Part shown: positions 43,180 through 53,230 of the stretch, piece after piece
Layout of the letters: each line of letters starts with the position of its first letter
Position numbering within the stretch: position 1 is the first letter of the stretch
Origin: an uncultured virus (IMG/VR IMGVR_UViG_3300024999_000051)
Lineage: Duplodnaviria; Heunggongvirae; Uroviricota; Caudoviricetes
IMG/VR virus record: IMGVR_UViG_3300024999_000051
Direction: 5' to 3' (one strand)
Length of the DNA: 57,639 nt
Notes under the pieces: generated by a model
What the model was told of the DNA's origin: nothing
The model's database searches: none
Seen by the model: the letters and a program-made list of their open reading frames with translations, nothing else
Made by a program: the position numbers and the translations under genes

Positions 43180-43226
43180 TAGAATACATGTAAGAAAATA
43201 AATAAAATTTAGAGGAGGAATTAATA

Positions 43227-43496
43227 ATGGCAACAAACTTTATTGGTCGTTCATTGACGGCAAATATTCTCGAACAAAATGTGGAATTAAATATGTCTTT
43301 TATTAATCTTATTGTAAATGATTCAGCAAATGTGATTACTTTGGCCTTTGACGTAACCGCAACAACTAACATAATGATTTTAAAAGCAGGAGAAGTAAGA
43401 AAAAATATTGCAGTACCTTTTGGTAAATTGTACTACAAAGCTACTGCCGATGCTTCTGCTTTAAGAATTGAAGGATTGGCAAAAGCAGAATTCTAA
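43227..43496 (+). CDS. Small virion-associated protein
   Basis: GAGGAGG RBS. Confidence 0.6.
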   Translation: MATNFIGRSLTANILEQNVELNMSFINLIVNDSANVITLAFDVTATTNIMILKAGEVRKNIAVPFGKLYYKATADASALRIEGLAKAEF

Positions 43497-43568
43497 TTTG
43501 TAATTTGAGTAGAGAGTCTATTAATAATATGATTCTCTACTTCATTTAATTGTGACAGGTTGTGAAAT

Positions 43569-44741
43569 ATGGATGTAAGAAAAAAATGGATAAGTAGTGA
43601 CTCAAATTATTCTTCAAAAGAAGAAATTGTATCAGACGTAAAAGAAAATTTTGATATTCGTAGATATTATAGCGCAGAAGGCAAAAGTGTAACAATCGAC
43701 AACACCACAACACAAGTAATAATCCAATCACATTTAAATCCTTTAAATGAAGGTAAATATGATAAGAAAATTCATATGCCAATTGAAACAGTTGTTAATA
43801 CTGGATCAATAGTTGAATGGGAAGAAGATAAATGGATTATTGTAAGCAATATTGACAATTTACAAGCATATCAAACTGCAAGTATGGTTAAATCCAACAA
43901 CACATTAAAATTCTACGATAAAAATTCAATTTTAAATGAGATCCCATGCATAATCTCAAAAGGTTCAATCTCCCTAGATGAACAAAAAATAATATCAACA
44001 TTAGATTCAGAAATTGCAGTACAAATAAGCAATACGTCTATTACTAGACAAATTGAGATGAATGATGTGTTTAAAATTGGATTGAGGTCATCTTGGCAGG
44101 TTACAAATATTGATGATATTACTGTGAATGGGTTATTGATTTTGAGAATGGTTTATAGTGAGGTTGAACCTCTTGTTCATACTTTTAATATTACTATTCA
44201 AAATAGTGATGCCACATTATATGTAGATGATACTTTAACATTAAATATTATATGTACTGATAATGGAGTACAAGTTCTCTCCCCTACTATAATTTATTTA
44301 TCAAGTAATATAAATATTGCAACTGTAGTAAACGGAGTAATCACTTGTATTAGTGAAGGGACAGCAATTATATCTGCAACATACAATGGTGTTTCAGATA
44401 GTATCAACTTAACTGTTCAAAATGAAGTGATTGCTGACAATTATACTATTGATATTACTGGATTAACAACAGTCAAACTTGGAAATAGTATTACATTGAC
44501 TTCAAATGTATTTAATAATGGTATAGTTGATTTGAGCAAGAGTGTTGTATGGAATTTGAGTAATCAGGATTTGTCAAGTAATATTTATTTGAGTATTGTG
44601 AGTTATGATGGAAGTAGTGTTACTTTGAAAGCAACTAGTAATAGTGCTTATATTAATAAATATGTTGTTGTTAGGGCGAGTAAGAGTGATGATTTGAGTG
44701 TGTTTGACGAACATTTATTGCAGATTAAGAGTTTGTTTTAA
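43569..44741 (+). CDS. Neck/head-closure protein with Ig-like (Big_2) C-terminal domains
   Basis: SSNINIATVVNGVIT..GTAIISATYNG. Confidence 0.65.
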   Translation: MDVRKKWISSDSNYSSKEEIVSDVKENFDIRRYYSAEGKSVTIDNTTTQVIIQSHLNPLNEGKYDKKIHMPIETVVNTGSIVEWEEDKWIIVSNIDNLQAYQTASMVKSNNTLKFYDKNSILNEIPCIISKGSISLDEQKIISTLDSEIAVQISNTSITRQIEMNDVFKIGLRSSWQVTNIDDITVNGLLILRMVYSEVEPLVHTFNITIQNSDATLYVDDTLTLNIICTDNGVQVLSPTIIYLSSNINIATVVNGVITCISEGTAIISATYNGVSDSINLTVQNEVIADNYTIDITGLTTVKLGNSITLTSNVFNNGIVDLSKSVVWNLSNQDLSSNIYLSIVSYDGSSVTLKATSNSAYINKYVVVRASKSDDLSVFDEHLLQIKSLF

Positions 44742-44755
44742 TTAAATTAATATTT

Positions 44756-46150
44756 TTGGAGGATATGTCATGTCGTGAGACACACCGCTATCCTTCTTTT
44801 TCTATGTTTAAAAGTAGAAATAAGGAGGATCAAATGGGATTAATTAGTAAAACAGCAATGACAAAATGGATGCACAATAATAAAATAAGGTATGAAGAAA
44901 GAGGATATGTTTTTACAAAATATAAAGATGAACTTGAAGTTAATATTAAAGATTTAAGTAATAGTAGTCATGTTTTAGTAAATGTTAAATGTGATTGTGG
45001 TAATTGTAAGAATCCATATTTAAAACCTATGACATGGGTGAATTATTTAACTAATGTTCATAAAGATAATAAATATTATTGTAATGAATGTGCTAAAAAA
45101 TTATATGGTGGAGTAAATATACAAAAATCAAAATTGAAAAATAGTATATCTTTTAAACAATGGTGTATCGAAAATAATCGTCAGGATATATTAGATCGGT
45201 GGGATTATGAATTAAACAATTGCAAACCTAGTGAAATAAGTTTTGGAACTCAAAAAAGATATTATTTTAAATGTCTAAGAAACTTACACAATAGCGAATT
45301 AAAAAATATAAAAAGTTTTACTAGTGGTCAAAATGGATCAATGGATTGTAATGCTTGTAATTCTATTGCACAATGGGGTATAGATAATTTAGGTGAAGAT
45401 TTTCTTGATAAATATTGGGATTATGAAAAGAATATAGTTTCCCCTTGGGATATCGATAAATGTTCTAATAAACATAAAATATTTATAAAATGTCAAGAAA
45501 AATATTATCATGAAAGTTATGAAGTATCACCAGATAATTTTACTAATAGTAGCAGATGTCCTTATTGTAATAATCGTAATGGTAAAATTCATAAATTAGA
45601 TTCTCTTGGAACAATATACCCAGATGTATTTAAATTTTGGTCAGATAAAAATGAAAACTCTCCATATGAATATGCTCCTATGAGTCATCAATATGTTTGG
45701 TGGAAATGTCCAGATGAAAAACATGAAGATTATTATAGACTAATATCTTCTTCATCAATTCGTGATTTTAGATGTCCAGAATGCCAATGTTCAACAGGTG
45801 AGATTGAAGTTGGTAAGAAATTATTGAATAAAGAAATTTACTATATCCCACAAAAAACATTTGATGGTCTGATTGGTCTAGGTGGAGGTTTATTATCTTA
45901 TGACTTTTATATTCCTAAAATAAATCTTTTAATTGAGTATCAAGGTGAAATGCACGAAAGATTTGTCAGAGGAATACATAAATCAATTAAAGACTTTGAA
46001 AAACAAGTAGAACATGATAGACGAAAAAAAGAATACGCAGAACAAAACAAATATAATTTTCTCGAAATATGGTATCAGGATTTTGATAATATAGAAGAGA
46101 TTCTTACAAAAGAATTAAATCTATTAGAGGAAGTGATGCTTATGATCTAG
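44756..46150 (+). CDS. Free-standing Zn-ribbon plus PD-(D/E)XK endonuclease (likely start ATG 44834)
   Basis: WDYE/WWKC repeats; SYDFY..LIEYQGEMH..DRRKK..LEIWY. Confidence 0.75.
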   Translation: MEDMSCRETHRYPSFSMFKSRNKEDQMGLISKTAMTKWMHNNKIRYEERGYVFTKYKDELEVNIKDLSNSSHVLVNVKCDCGNCKNPYLKPMTWVNYLTNVHKDNKYYCNECAKKLYGGVNIQKSKLKNSISFKQWCIENNRQDILDRWDYELNNCKPSEISFGTQKRYYFKCLRNLHNSELKNIKSFTSGQNGSMDCNACNSIAQWGIDNLGEDFLDKYWDYEKNIVSPWDIDKCSNKHKIFIKCQEKYYHESYEVSPDNFTNSSRCPYCNNRNGKIHKLDSLGTIYPDVFKFWSDKNENSPYEYAPMSHQYVWWKCPDEKHEDYYRLISSSSIRDFRCPECQCSTGEIEVGKKLLNKEIYYIPQKTFDGLIGLGGGLLSYDFYIPKINLLIEYQGEMHERFVRGIHKSIKDFEKQVEHDRRKKEYAEQNKYNFLEIWYQDFDNIEEILTKELNLLEEVMLMI

Positions 46151-46221
46151 TGTTTGTTAAGAATGTTGGAGAAACAGTAGTTAGTAGTGGATTTAGGATT
46201 CAGGTAAAGAGTTTGTTTTAG
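46150..46221 (+). pseudogene. Orphan duplicate of the 3' end of the 43569 gene
   Basis: Reads VFVKNVGETVVSSGFRIQVKSLF* versus ..LQIKSLF* at 44741. Confidence 0.65.
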
Positions 46222-46336
46222 GGTGGTGATTGGGTAATTAATATAAATATTTTCAGTCTAGAGGTGGTGTATTGAAATAGAAAAATCTTTCAAATTTAAA
46301 CATATAGAAAATAATCTTGTAAAGTTATTATCTCTA

Positions 46337-46774
46337 TTGCTTGGTAGTCAAAATATCTCAAAATATATTTATCATTTAGTAGATGACCCTTTATCTGAAT
46401 CTGACGTAACAGAAGACTTAATGGTAAATGGAAATATAATATTAACTCTATTTGATGAAACAGTATTAACAAATTCTCAGGTTAAAGTATTCTTAAATCC
46501 ATTTAATGGTTCTCTTAAATCAATGCCACTTTCTGACATAGTTTTTACTTTAGACATAATTGTACCAAATCTCTATTGGAAGTTAAATGGTATGGGACAA
46601 TTGAGACCATACAGAATAAGTGATGAATTTGCACAATTAGTTGACGGACAAAAGGTTGCTGGCTTAGGAGAAGTAAATATTACTAATTTCAAAGCATACA
46701 AAGTTAATGAAACTTACTCTGGATTAACTTTATTTATTGAAGTTAATTCTTCAACTTTAAAAGGACTGAGATAA
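46337..46774 (+). CDS. Probable tail terminator/completion protein (frame extends upstream to ~46270)
   Basis: LRPYRI motif; position before tail tube. Confidence 0.55.
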   Translation: MLGSQNISKYIYHLVDDPLSESDVTEDLMVNGNIILTLFDETVLTNSQVKVFLNPFNGSLKSMPLSDIVFTLDIIVPNLYWKLNGMGQLRPYRISDEFAQLVDGQKVAGLGEVNITNFKAYKVNETYSGLTLFIEVNSSTLKGLR

Positions 46775-47512
46775 ATGGCAGAACTTAAATATATTTTTGC
46801 TCAACCTGATTATGTGGAGGGAATTGATAAAGATAATCCAATATGTATTTATCCAGTCAGATTAAAAGATTATGATAAATTTAGTGAAGTATCACATCTT
46901 TTACACATATCTAAGAATCATTTTGAAAATATAGAATATCCTTTGTTGCTATTAATTTTTAGCAGTTTGCCACATTTGCAATTAACACAAGAAGAATTAG
47001 TAAAAAAATTAGAAGATATTTTTTCCATTACAACTAGACAAGATGTTAAATTTATATCAAATGGACAAATAGAAGGATTTATAATAGGTAACTCTAATAT
47101 TATCACAATTTATAATTATGAAGAAATTAGGAATATAATTCTAAAACAAAATCTAATACATGAACAAAAAATATATAAAACAAAAATTATGAATGATTGG
47201 GCACAAAAAGCTTTAAAAGCAAAACAAAAAAACGCTTCTAAAATTTTAATGGAAGATATAATTACCACTGTTTCAGTTGGTACTGGTAAAAATTATTCAG
47301 ATTTGGAGAATTATACAATCTATCAGATTTATTCTGATTTTTATAGGTTAAGAAAAATGGTAGAGTATGATACAAATGTTCAATTTAAGTGTGTTGGTGC
47401 AGATTTAAAACTTGATGATTATGCTGAGGATTTAGACATTTTTCATAATCCTTATGATGATTTATTTGTTAGTTCAGATAAATTAGGTGGATTAAATAAA
47501 GCACTGAAATAA
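46775..47512 (+). CDS. Tail-module protein
   Basis: Position; YTIYQI motif. Confidence 0.55.
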   Translation: MAELKYIFAQPDYVEGIDKDNPICIYPVRLKDYDKFSEVSHLLHISKNHFENIEYPLLLLIFSSLPHLQLTQEELVKKLEDIFSITTRQDVKFISNGQIEGFIIGNSNIITIYNYEEIRNIILKQNLIHEQKIYKTKIMNDWAQKALKAKQKNASKILMEDIITTVSVGTGKNYSDLENYTIYQIYSDFYRLRKMVEYDTNVQFKCVGADLKLDDYAEDLDIFHNPYDDLFVSSDKLGGLNKALK

Positions 47513-47529
47513 AAAGGGGGAATTATACA

Positions 47530-48303
47530 ATGTCAAAAAAATTAGTTTGCGACGTATTTGATGCGGTTATGATCGATAATGTGGATGGTAGTGTTGCTGG
47601 AACAACTACATTACAAAGTGCAAATATTGATATAGCTGTTTCTGAAGTTGAAATTAGAGCAGGTAAAGGAAATTCTTTACAGGCCACTCTCCACGTACAA
47701 CGTGATATTAGTGTAGATTTAACAGATATTGAGTGGAAACCTGAATGGATTGCTAAACAGCTTGGCACATCTGTTACTACTGGTGCAGGGGTTGGTTATG
47801 CTATGCCAAAATGGTATGAAGTAGTTGATTTAGATGGTACAGGAGCCGGAACTGCTTTGGGTTTTACTCTTGAAAAAGAGCCTTTAGCATCTGCTAGTGG
47901 ACTATCTATTTATAACGAAGATGGAGCAATTATTGCGGTTACTACTAATTATACCATTGCCGCAAAAGTTGTAACAGTTGTTACTGCTGGTGTTGAGGTT
48001 GGTGATTTATATGAAGTGAGAACATATAAATATACTACTCCTGTTACTACTCAAACACTTACAATGGAAAGTGATAAATTTTCTCATGGTGTTACATTAG
48101 TTCTTTCTACTTTTGAAACAGATGAAAACGAATCCAATCCATTTGAATTGCAATATCAATTTACAAACGCTATTCCTAATGGTAGTTTCCAAATTCAGAC
48201 ATCATCTGAGAAAAAGGCGGCAACACAGAATTTGAAATTAAAGGTTATTAAACCAGCTACGACTACTGTTGTTGGAAAATTGCTTAGAATTCCTTTGTCT
48301 TAG
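47530..48303 (+). CDS. Major tail tube protein
   Basis: Beta/Thr-rich, EIRAGKGN; position. Confidence 0.7.
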   Translation: MSKKLVCDVFDAVMIDNVDGSVAGTTTLQSANIDIAVSEVEIRAGKGNSLQATLHVQRDISVDLTDIEWKPEWIAKQLGTSVTTGAGVGYAMPKWYEVVDLDGTGAGTALGFTLEKEPLASASGLSIYNEDGAIIAVTTNYTIAAKVVTVVTAGVEVGDLYEVRTYKYTTPVTTQTLTMESDKFSHGVTLVLSTFETDENESNPFELQYQFTNAIPNGSFQIQTSSEKKAATQNLKLKVIKPATTTVVGKLLRIPLS

Positions 48304-48430
48304 TTGAGCAATAAATAATTACATATGGTTTCTTATAGGTTTGCGCGAGTTTATGAGAGTAATTAAAAGAGACTACGATTCTGATAAGTAGTCTCTTTTC
48401 CCATTTATTCCTTTAAATCAGAAAGAGGAG

Positions 48431-50113
48431 ATGTTGAAAATGTTAATGACAAAAGAAATTGAAATAACAATCGTAGCTTTCACAGTAAAATATTATAAGA
48501 ATTTAGGATATAAAATACCAACAACTATTAATGATAAAGGCAAAGAGAAATTCATATTAAATAGTAAAATAATAGTAAAGATAGAAGATTTACCACTTGG
48601 AAGTCATGAAAAAGTTCATGTAAAATGTGACTTATGCGGAAAAGATATATATCCTCATTATGATATGTATAACCGTTCGGTAAAAAAATATAAAGAAAAC
48701 AATATTGATTCATGCGACGAGTGCAAAAGCGAAAAAACAAAACTTATGCAAATTGTTAGAAATAAAACCATGTTAAATGAAAATGGACATGGATATTGGT
48801 GTGATAAAGATAATTTAATTAAAGAGTTTAATAAATACTATAAACAATATGGTACATTCTCTGAAATGAATAAAAACAGTTACGGGACTTCTATAATAAA
48901 TGGATTACAAAAACATGATGAAAATATTACATCAATGGCATTGCAATTGGGTTATTCAATTCAAGATTTTGGTAGAATCCCGTATGGATGGTATGATGAT
49001 TTTGATATTTTTAAAGAGGATATGATTGATCTTATTAATAAATATGGTAGGTTTCCAACTTCATTAGAAATTCAAAAATGTTTAAGAATTGGTTCATTAG
49101 TAATTAAAAAACATGGTGGCATGCAAGAAATAAAAAATAAATTAAATTACGATAGAGACAATAATCTTTTAGATGATAATAATTATCACAACGCATCATC
49201 CTATGAATATATAATTGCACAATTTTTAATACATAATACCAATATAAAATATGATAGAAATGTAATTATTTCATTAGAAGATGGTAAATTTAACTGTGAT
49301 TTTAGAACTATTATTGATGATAATATTGAAAATAATTATCTTTGGATAGAAGCATGGGGAGGTTATGGAGAAAGTAAATTTAAAGGAGAATATGATAAGA
49401 CTCACAATATAAAAATGAACATTTATAACAAATATAGTTACAAACTCATTAGTCTATATCCAAAAGATTTTGCCAACAAATCATATGAAGAAATACAAAA
49501 TATGCTCCGTGAAAAATTCAAACCTTATATGGATTTAAAATTCAAATATATAGACAATAAATTATTAAATACTAGTACATATAAAAATAGAACAGATAAT
49601 GAGATTCTAGAAGAATTTATGAGTTATTCTAGTGATGGATTTTACTTCCCATCTGATAAAAATGTGCAAAAATTAAATAGTAAATTGTATACAGAAGTTT
49701 ACAAAAGATTTGGAAATTTTAGCAAAATGGCAGAAAAATTTAATATGAGAGACAGGTTAAACTTCAAACCCAATGGATATTGGTCAGAAGAACGGTTGTT
49801 GGATTATTTAATTAAAATTCATAATAAATATGGTAAATTTTTATCAATGGCAAAAGTTAAAGAAAATAAAGAAGTATGTGATATTTGTAAAGAATTATAC
49901 AGTGGGTTTGATAAAGTGTCAAAATATGGTGGTAAGATCCTTATGGAATTAAAATTTTTACATATTTATTTAAATAAAATTAATGATTATGATTTATTAT
50001 ATTTAAATAAAATAATTAAAGGGACAATTAGTATCAAGCCACAACACCAACTCCTAGCAAAACAAATCCTAGAAAAATACAATAACCAACAATTAATTAT
50101 AAGTAATAGCTAA
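48431..50113 (+). CDS. Free-standing endonuclease-like protein (GYW repeats, PD-(D/E)XK-like core)
   Basis: N-terminus shared with 29357 and 44834; CDFR..WIEAWG. Confidence 0.6.
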   Translation: MLKMLMTKEIEITIVAFTVKYYKNLGYKIPTTINDKGKEKFILNSKIIVKIEDLPLGSHEKVHVKCDLCGKDIYPHYDMYNRSVKKYKENNIDSCDECKSEKTKLMQIVRNKTMLNENGHGYWCDKDNLIKEFNKYYKQYGTFSEMNKNSYGTSIINGLQKHDENITSMALQLGYSIQDFGRIPYGWYDDFDIFKEDMIDLINKYGRFPTSLEIQKCLRIGSLVIKKHGGMQEIKNKLNYDRDNNLLDDNNYHNASSYEYIIAQFLIHNTNIKYDRNVIISLEDGKFNCDFRTIIDDNIENNYLWIEAWGGYGESKFKGEYDKTHNIKMNIYNKYSYKLISLYPKDFANKSYEEIQNMLREKFKPYMDLKFKYIDNKLLNTSTYKNRTDNEILEEFMSYSSDGFYFPSDKNVQKLNSKLYTEVYKRFGNFSKMAEKFNMRDRLNFKPNGYWSEERLLDYLIKIHNKYGKFLSMAKVKENKEVCDICKELYSGFDKVSKYGGKILMELKFLHIYLNKINDYDLLYLNKIIKGTISIKPQHQLLAKQILEKYNNQQLIISNS

Positions 50114-50144
50114 ACTTATAATTACCCATCACAACATCAAAATA

Positions 50145-50192
50145 AGAGGAAAGACAGACAAAACCAAATTGTCTTTCTTTCCTCATTTTTTT
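50145..50192 (+). terminator. Intrinsic terminator
   Basis: GAGGAAAGA..GACAA/TTGTC..TCTTTCCTC followed by a T-tract. Confidence 0.6.
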
Positions 50193-50394
50193 TACTATTT
50201 CCATCCAAACCATCCAAATCCAAATAAATCACTGATTTTATACTAAATATCAACTTTTATCGGATATTTTGGCTTACGAAAGTCGCTTGTAGCAATGGAT
50301 ATTTTGCAAAAGATTGAATCTCATTCTTTAATTAGAATGAGATTTTATGTGTTGCAAAGTTGTGATGCAAATATATAAGTGAAAGGAGGAAATT

Positions 50395-50583
50395 ATGTTG
50401 ACGGAAAAAGAACAAGAAAGATTTGTTTATATTTACAATCCTACCCAAGCATCGTTCTATATGGAAAATGGAATTATGGCAAAATCAACAGGAGTGCATC
50501 CAGAAACAAAAAGAGTTTGGTACAAGTTTAGTTTTTCTGAGAGCACAAATGTCTATGACGCATGGTGTAGTAGAAAGAAATAA
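50395..50583 (+). CDS. Small protein, paralog of 28030-28233
   Basis: ERFVYIYNPTQASFYMENGIMAKSTGVHPETKRVW. Confidence 0.8.
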   Translation: MLTEKEQERFVYIYNPTQASFYMENGIMAKSTGVHPETKRVWYKFSFSESTNVYDAWCSRKK

Positions 50584-50640
50584 TTATGAGTGAACTAATA
50601 ATAAACGTAATAAAATTAAATGTGAAAGAAGGAATTTTTA

Positions 50641-51519
50641 ATGAAAAAGAATAATAATAGCAAAAACAATGAGTTGATGATTAAAGGCAAAACTAAAGTA
50701 TGTGGTATTGAGGTTCATAATATTTATGGTGGGTTTAGTGGTAATCAAAAAGTTATGTTAGCAAAAACAGTTGCAATTATTCATGATAGGGAATTAAAGC
50801 ATGTAAATGAATTAATAAATAAGAATCTAAAAAACGAATATTTTAAAGTTGGAATTGATTATATTGATTTGAAAAAGTCGGTCGGTTCAAACGACTCACT
50901 TTTAGAGTTAGGATTTAATAGACAATCTATAGCTAACGCAAAAAATATATACCTTTTATCTCAACAAGGATACACGACTTTATTAAAATTACTTGATTCG
51001 GAATTAGCAATGGAACAATATAAAATAGTTGTTAGAGATTATTTTAAGTTGAGAGAGTATAAAGAATCTATACTATATCTTACTCAAGCAGAATTAGATC
51101 AATTAGTTGTTAGAAAAGATGGGATCATTAGGCGTAATAGAGAAACAAAGTCTATATCAACATTTATCCAAAATGGTGAATTACCAAATAATCGAAAATC
51201 ATATTCTTCTGTTACGAATACTACATATGATATTTTATTTGGCATGTACGCAAAAGAAATAAAGGAATATTTAAATTTAAAACAACAAGATAATCTCAGA
51301 GATTTCCTTTCAACTCCAGACTTATCAGTAATTAGAGAGATTGAAGATGAAATACATTGGATGTGTAAGAAAGGTTATACTTGGAGAGAAATTTATAGGG
51401 ATTTAGTAAAAGAATATCCTGATCAAATTGAACCAGTTAAAGCAGAGAAGTCTATTAAAGAGTTAAAGAAAGCAAAGAAATTTGCTATAGATAGTAATGA
51501 GTTTAAGAAGTTGACTTAG
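50641..51519 (+). CDS. ORF6N-domain antirepressor-like protein
   Basis: VMLAKTVAIIHDRELKHVNELIN..IYLLSQQGY. Confidence 0.7.
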   Translation: MKKNNNSKNNELMIKGKTKVCGIEVHNIYGGFSGNQKVMLAKTVAIIHDRELKHVNELINKNLKNEYFKVGIDYIDLKKSVGSNDSLLELGFNRQSIANAKNIYLLSQQGYTTLLKLLDSELAMEQYKIVVRDYFKLREYKESILYLTQAELDQLVVRKDGIIRRNRETKSISTFIQNGELPNNRKSYSSVTNTTYDILFGMYAKEIKEYLNLKQQDNLRDFLSTPDLSVIREIEDEIHWMCKKGYTWREIYRDLVKEYPDQIEPVKAEKSIKELKKAKKFAIDSNEFKKLT

Positions 51520-51654
51520 GTTTGAATTAATAGGGTTAATTAATAAAATATAATATAACAAAGGCATGACTGAATTATCGGTTGTGTCTTTGTTTGTATT
51601 TGTGATGATTTGAGTAATTGGAATTAATATAAAATTGAATTAAGGAAATTAGGA

Positions 51655-52104
51655 GTGAGAGATATAGGAAATCAAGTTTTAATAACTTTAGATAAAAACA
51701 CATTAGATGAATATAACAAATATTACTTTGCTAAATATCCAAGAAGAAAAGTTGCACCAATCAAGAAACCTATTCCTCCTTCATTAAATGAATATATTTC
51801 TATGATTAGAATGGCTCAGAATACACTTAAAGGTAAATATAAGGAATTTTCTATTTGGTTGGCAGAACATTATAAAATAAATAATCTCAATTTAGATAAT
51901 GCAATTATTACATATACATTTTACTTCAAAACTCATATAAGACACGATTTTGATAACCTTATGTTAACTCCTAAATTCTTGAACGATGGATTAGTTGAAG
52001 CAGGAGTTTTTAAGGATGACTGTGGAGAGTTTTTGAAGTTAGAATTTGATCCATTTCAATATGATAAGTTAAATCCTCGCGTGGAAATGATTTTAGAATG
52101 GTAA
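51655..52104 (+). CDS. rusA: RusA-family Holliday junction resolvase
   Basis: PPSLN, DFDN..K..DGL..GVFKDD, PRVE. Confidence 0.8.
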   Translation: MRDIGNQVLITLDKNTLDEYNKYYFAKYPRRKVAPIKKPIPPSLNEYISMIRMAQNTLKGKYKEFSIWLAEHYKINNLNLDNAIITYTFYFKTHIRHDFDNLMLTPKFLNDGLVEAGVFKDDCGEFLKLEFDPFQYDKLNPRVEMILEW

Positions 52105-52322
52105 TAAAATAAATTTAATCAATTATAGAACTCAGGCACTTCATTTATATGAGAATGAGGTGCTTTTTGTTGTGTGATTGATTATTTTGATTGATTTGCA
52201 CAGATAAGTGGGATAGAATCTGCAGTTCGATAAGGGATAATTTGCCTTAATTTATCCTTTCCTCTTAATTCTCTTTTTTGGATTAAGGCAGTAATTAAAG
52301 AAACGAAAGGCGGTAATAAAAG

Positions 52323-53210
52323 ATGTTAGAGAATATTGAATTAAAAAAGACTAATAAAATGTTTGAGGAATTGTTCAGGTATAATAAGAAATCAGGAATA
52401 TACATGATAACAAATATAATTAATGATAAAAAATATATTGGACAGTCTAGAAATCTATGGAAACGTATTAGAGAGGGACACGTTGGTAAATTGAGAACAA
52501 ATTTACATTATAATATTCAGAACGCTTGGAATAAATATGGGGAAGATAATTTCAAATTTGAGATTATAGAAGAATGTGTGAACAACAGTGAGTTAAAAAC
52601 AAGAGAACAATATTGGATGGATTATTATAAAAGTTATAATAAGGATGTTGGTTACAATATTAGAGGAAAAGCAGACAATAATCATGGTTATTTAGAATCA
52701 GAAGAATTAAAGAAAATAAAAAGTGAGCGAATGAAAGGTGAAAACAATTATATGTATGGGAAAACTCATACTGATGAAGTAAAAAGAATTATAGCTTTAA
52801 ACACAATGAAAAAAGTATACCAATTAGATTTAAGTGGAAATCTTTTAAATACATTTGAAAGTTCAACTGAAGCAAGTAATGTTTTAGGTTTATGCGCTGA
52901 AAATATAAGAGCATCTCGTCAAGAAGTAAATGCAACTTATTCTGGATACATATGGTTAGGAGAAGAACAATATAACTCACCAAATAGGGACGATATTATT
53001 CAGAGGAGAATAATAAAAAATAACGGAAGACGTAAAGCAGTATATCAGATAGATTTAAATAATAATATTATTAATGAATATAAAGGTGTACGAGAAGCAC
53101 AAAGAATGACAAATATTTTTAATATTGGAAGTGTTGTCATTGGGAGGTTAAAAACAGCAGGTGGGTTTAAGTGGATTTATAAAGAAGATTATAAAAATGT
53201 AAGTGCTTAA
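52323..53210 (+). CDS. GIY-YIG homing endonuclease with NUMOD3/NUMOD1 modules
   Basis: SGIYMITN..KYIGQS, GYNI, MYGKTHT, TAGGFKW. Confidence 0.9.
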   Translation: MLENIELKKTNKMFEELFRYNKKSGIYMITNIINDKKYIGQSRNLWKRIREGHVGKLRTNLHYNIQNAWNKYGEDNFKFEIIEECVNNSELKTREQYWMDYYKSYNKDVGYNIRGKADNNHGYLESEELKKIKSERMKGENNYMYGKTHTDEVKRIIALNTMKKVYQLDLSGNLLNTFESSTEASNVLGLCAENIRASRQEVNATYSGYIWLGEEQYNSPNRDDIIQRRIIKNNGRRKAVYQIDLNNNIINEYKGVREAQRMTNIFNIGSVVIGRLKTAGGFKWIYKEDYKNVSA

Positions 53211-53230
53211 TAGACAATAAAATAAAAAGG

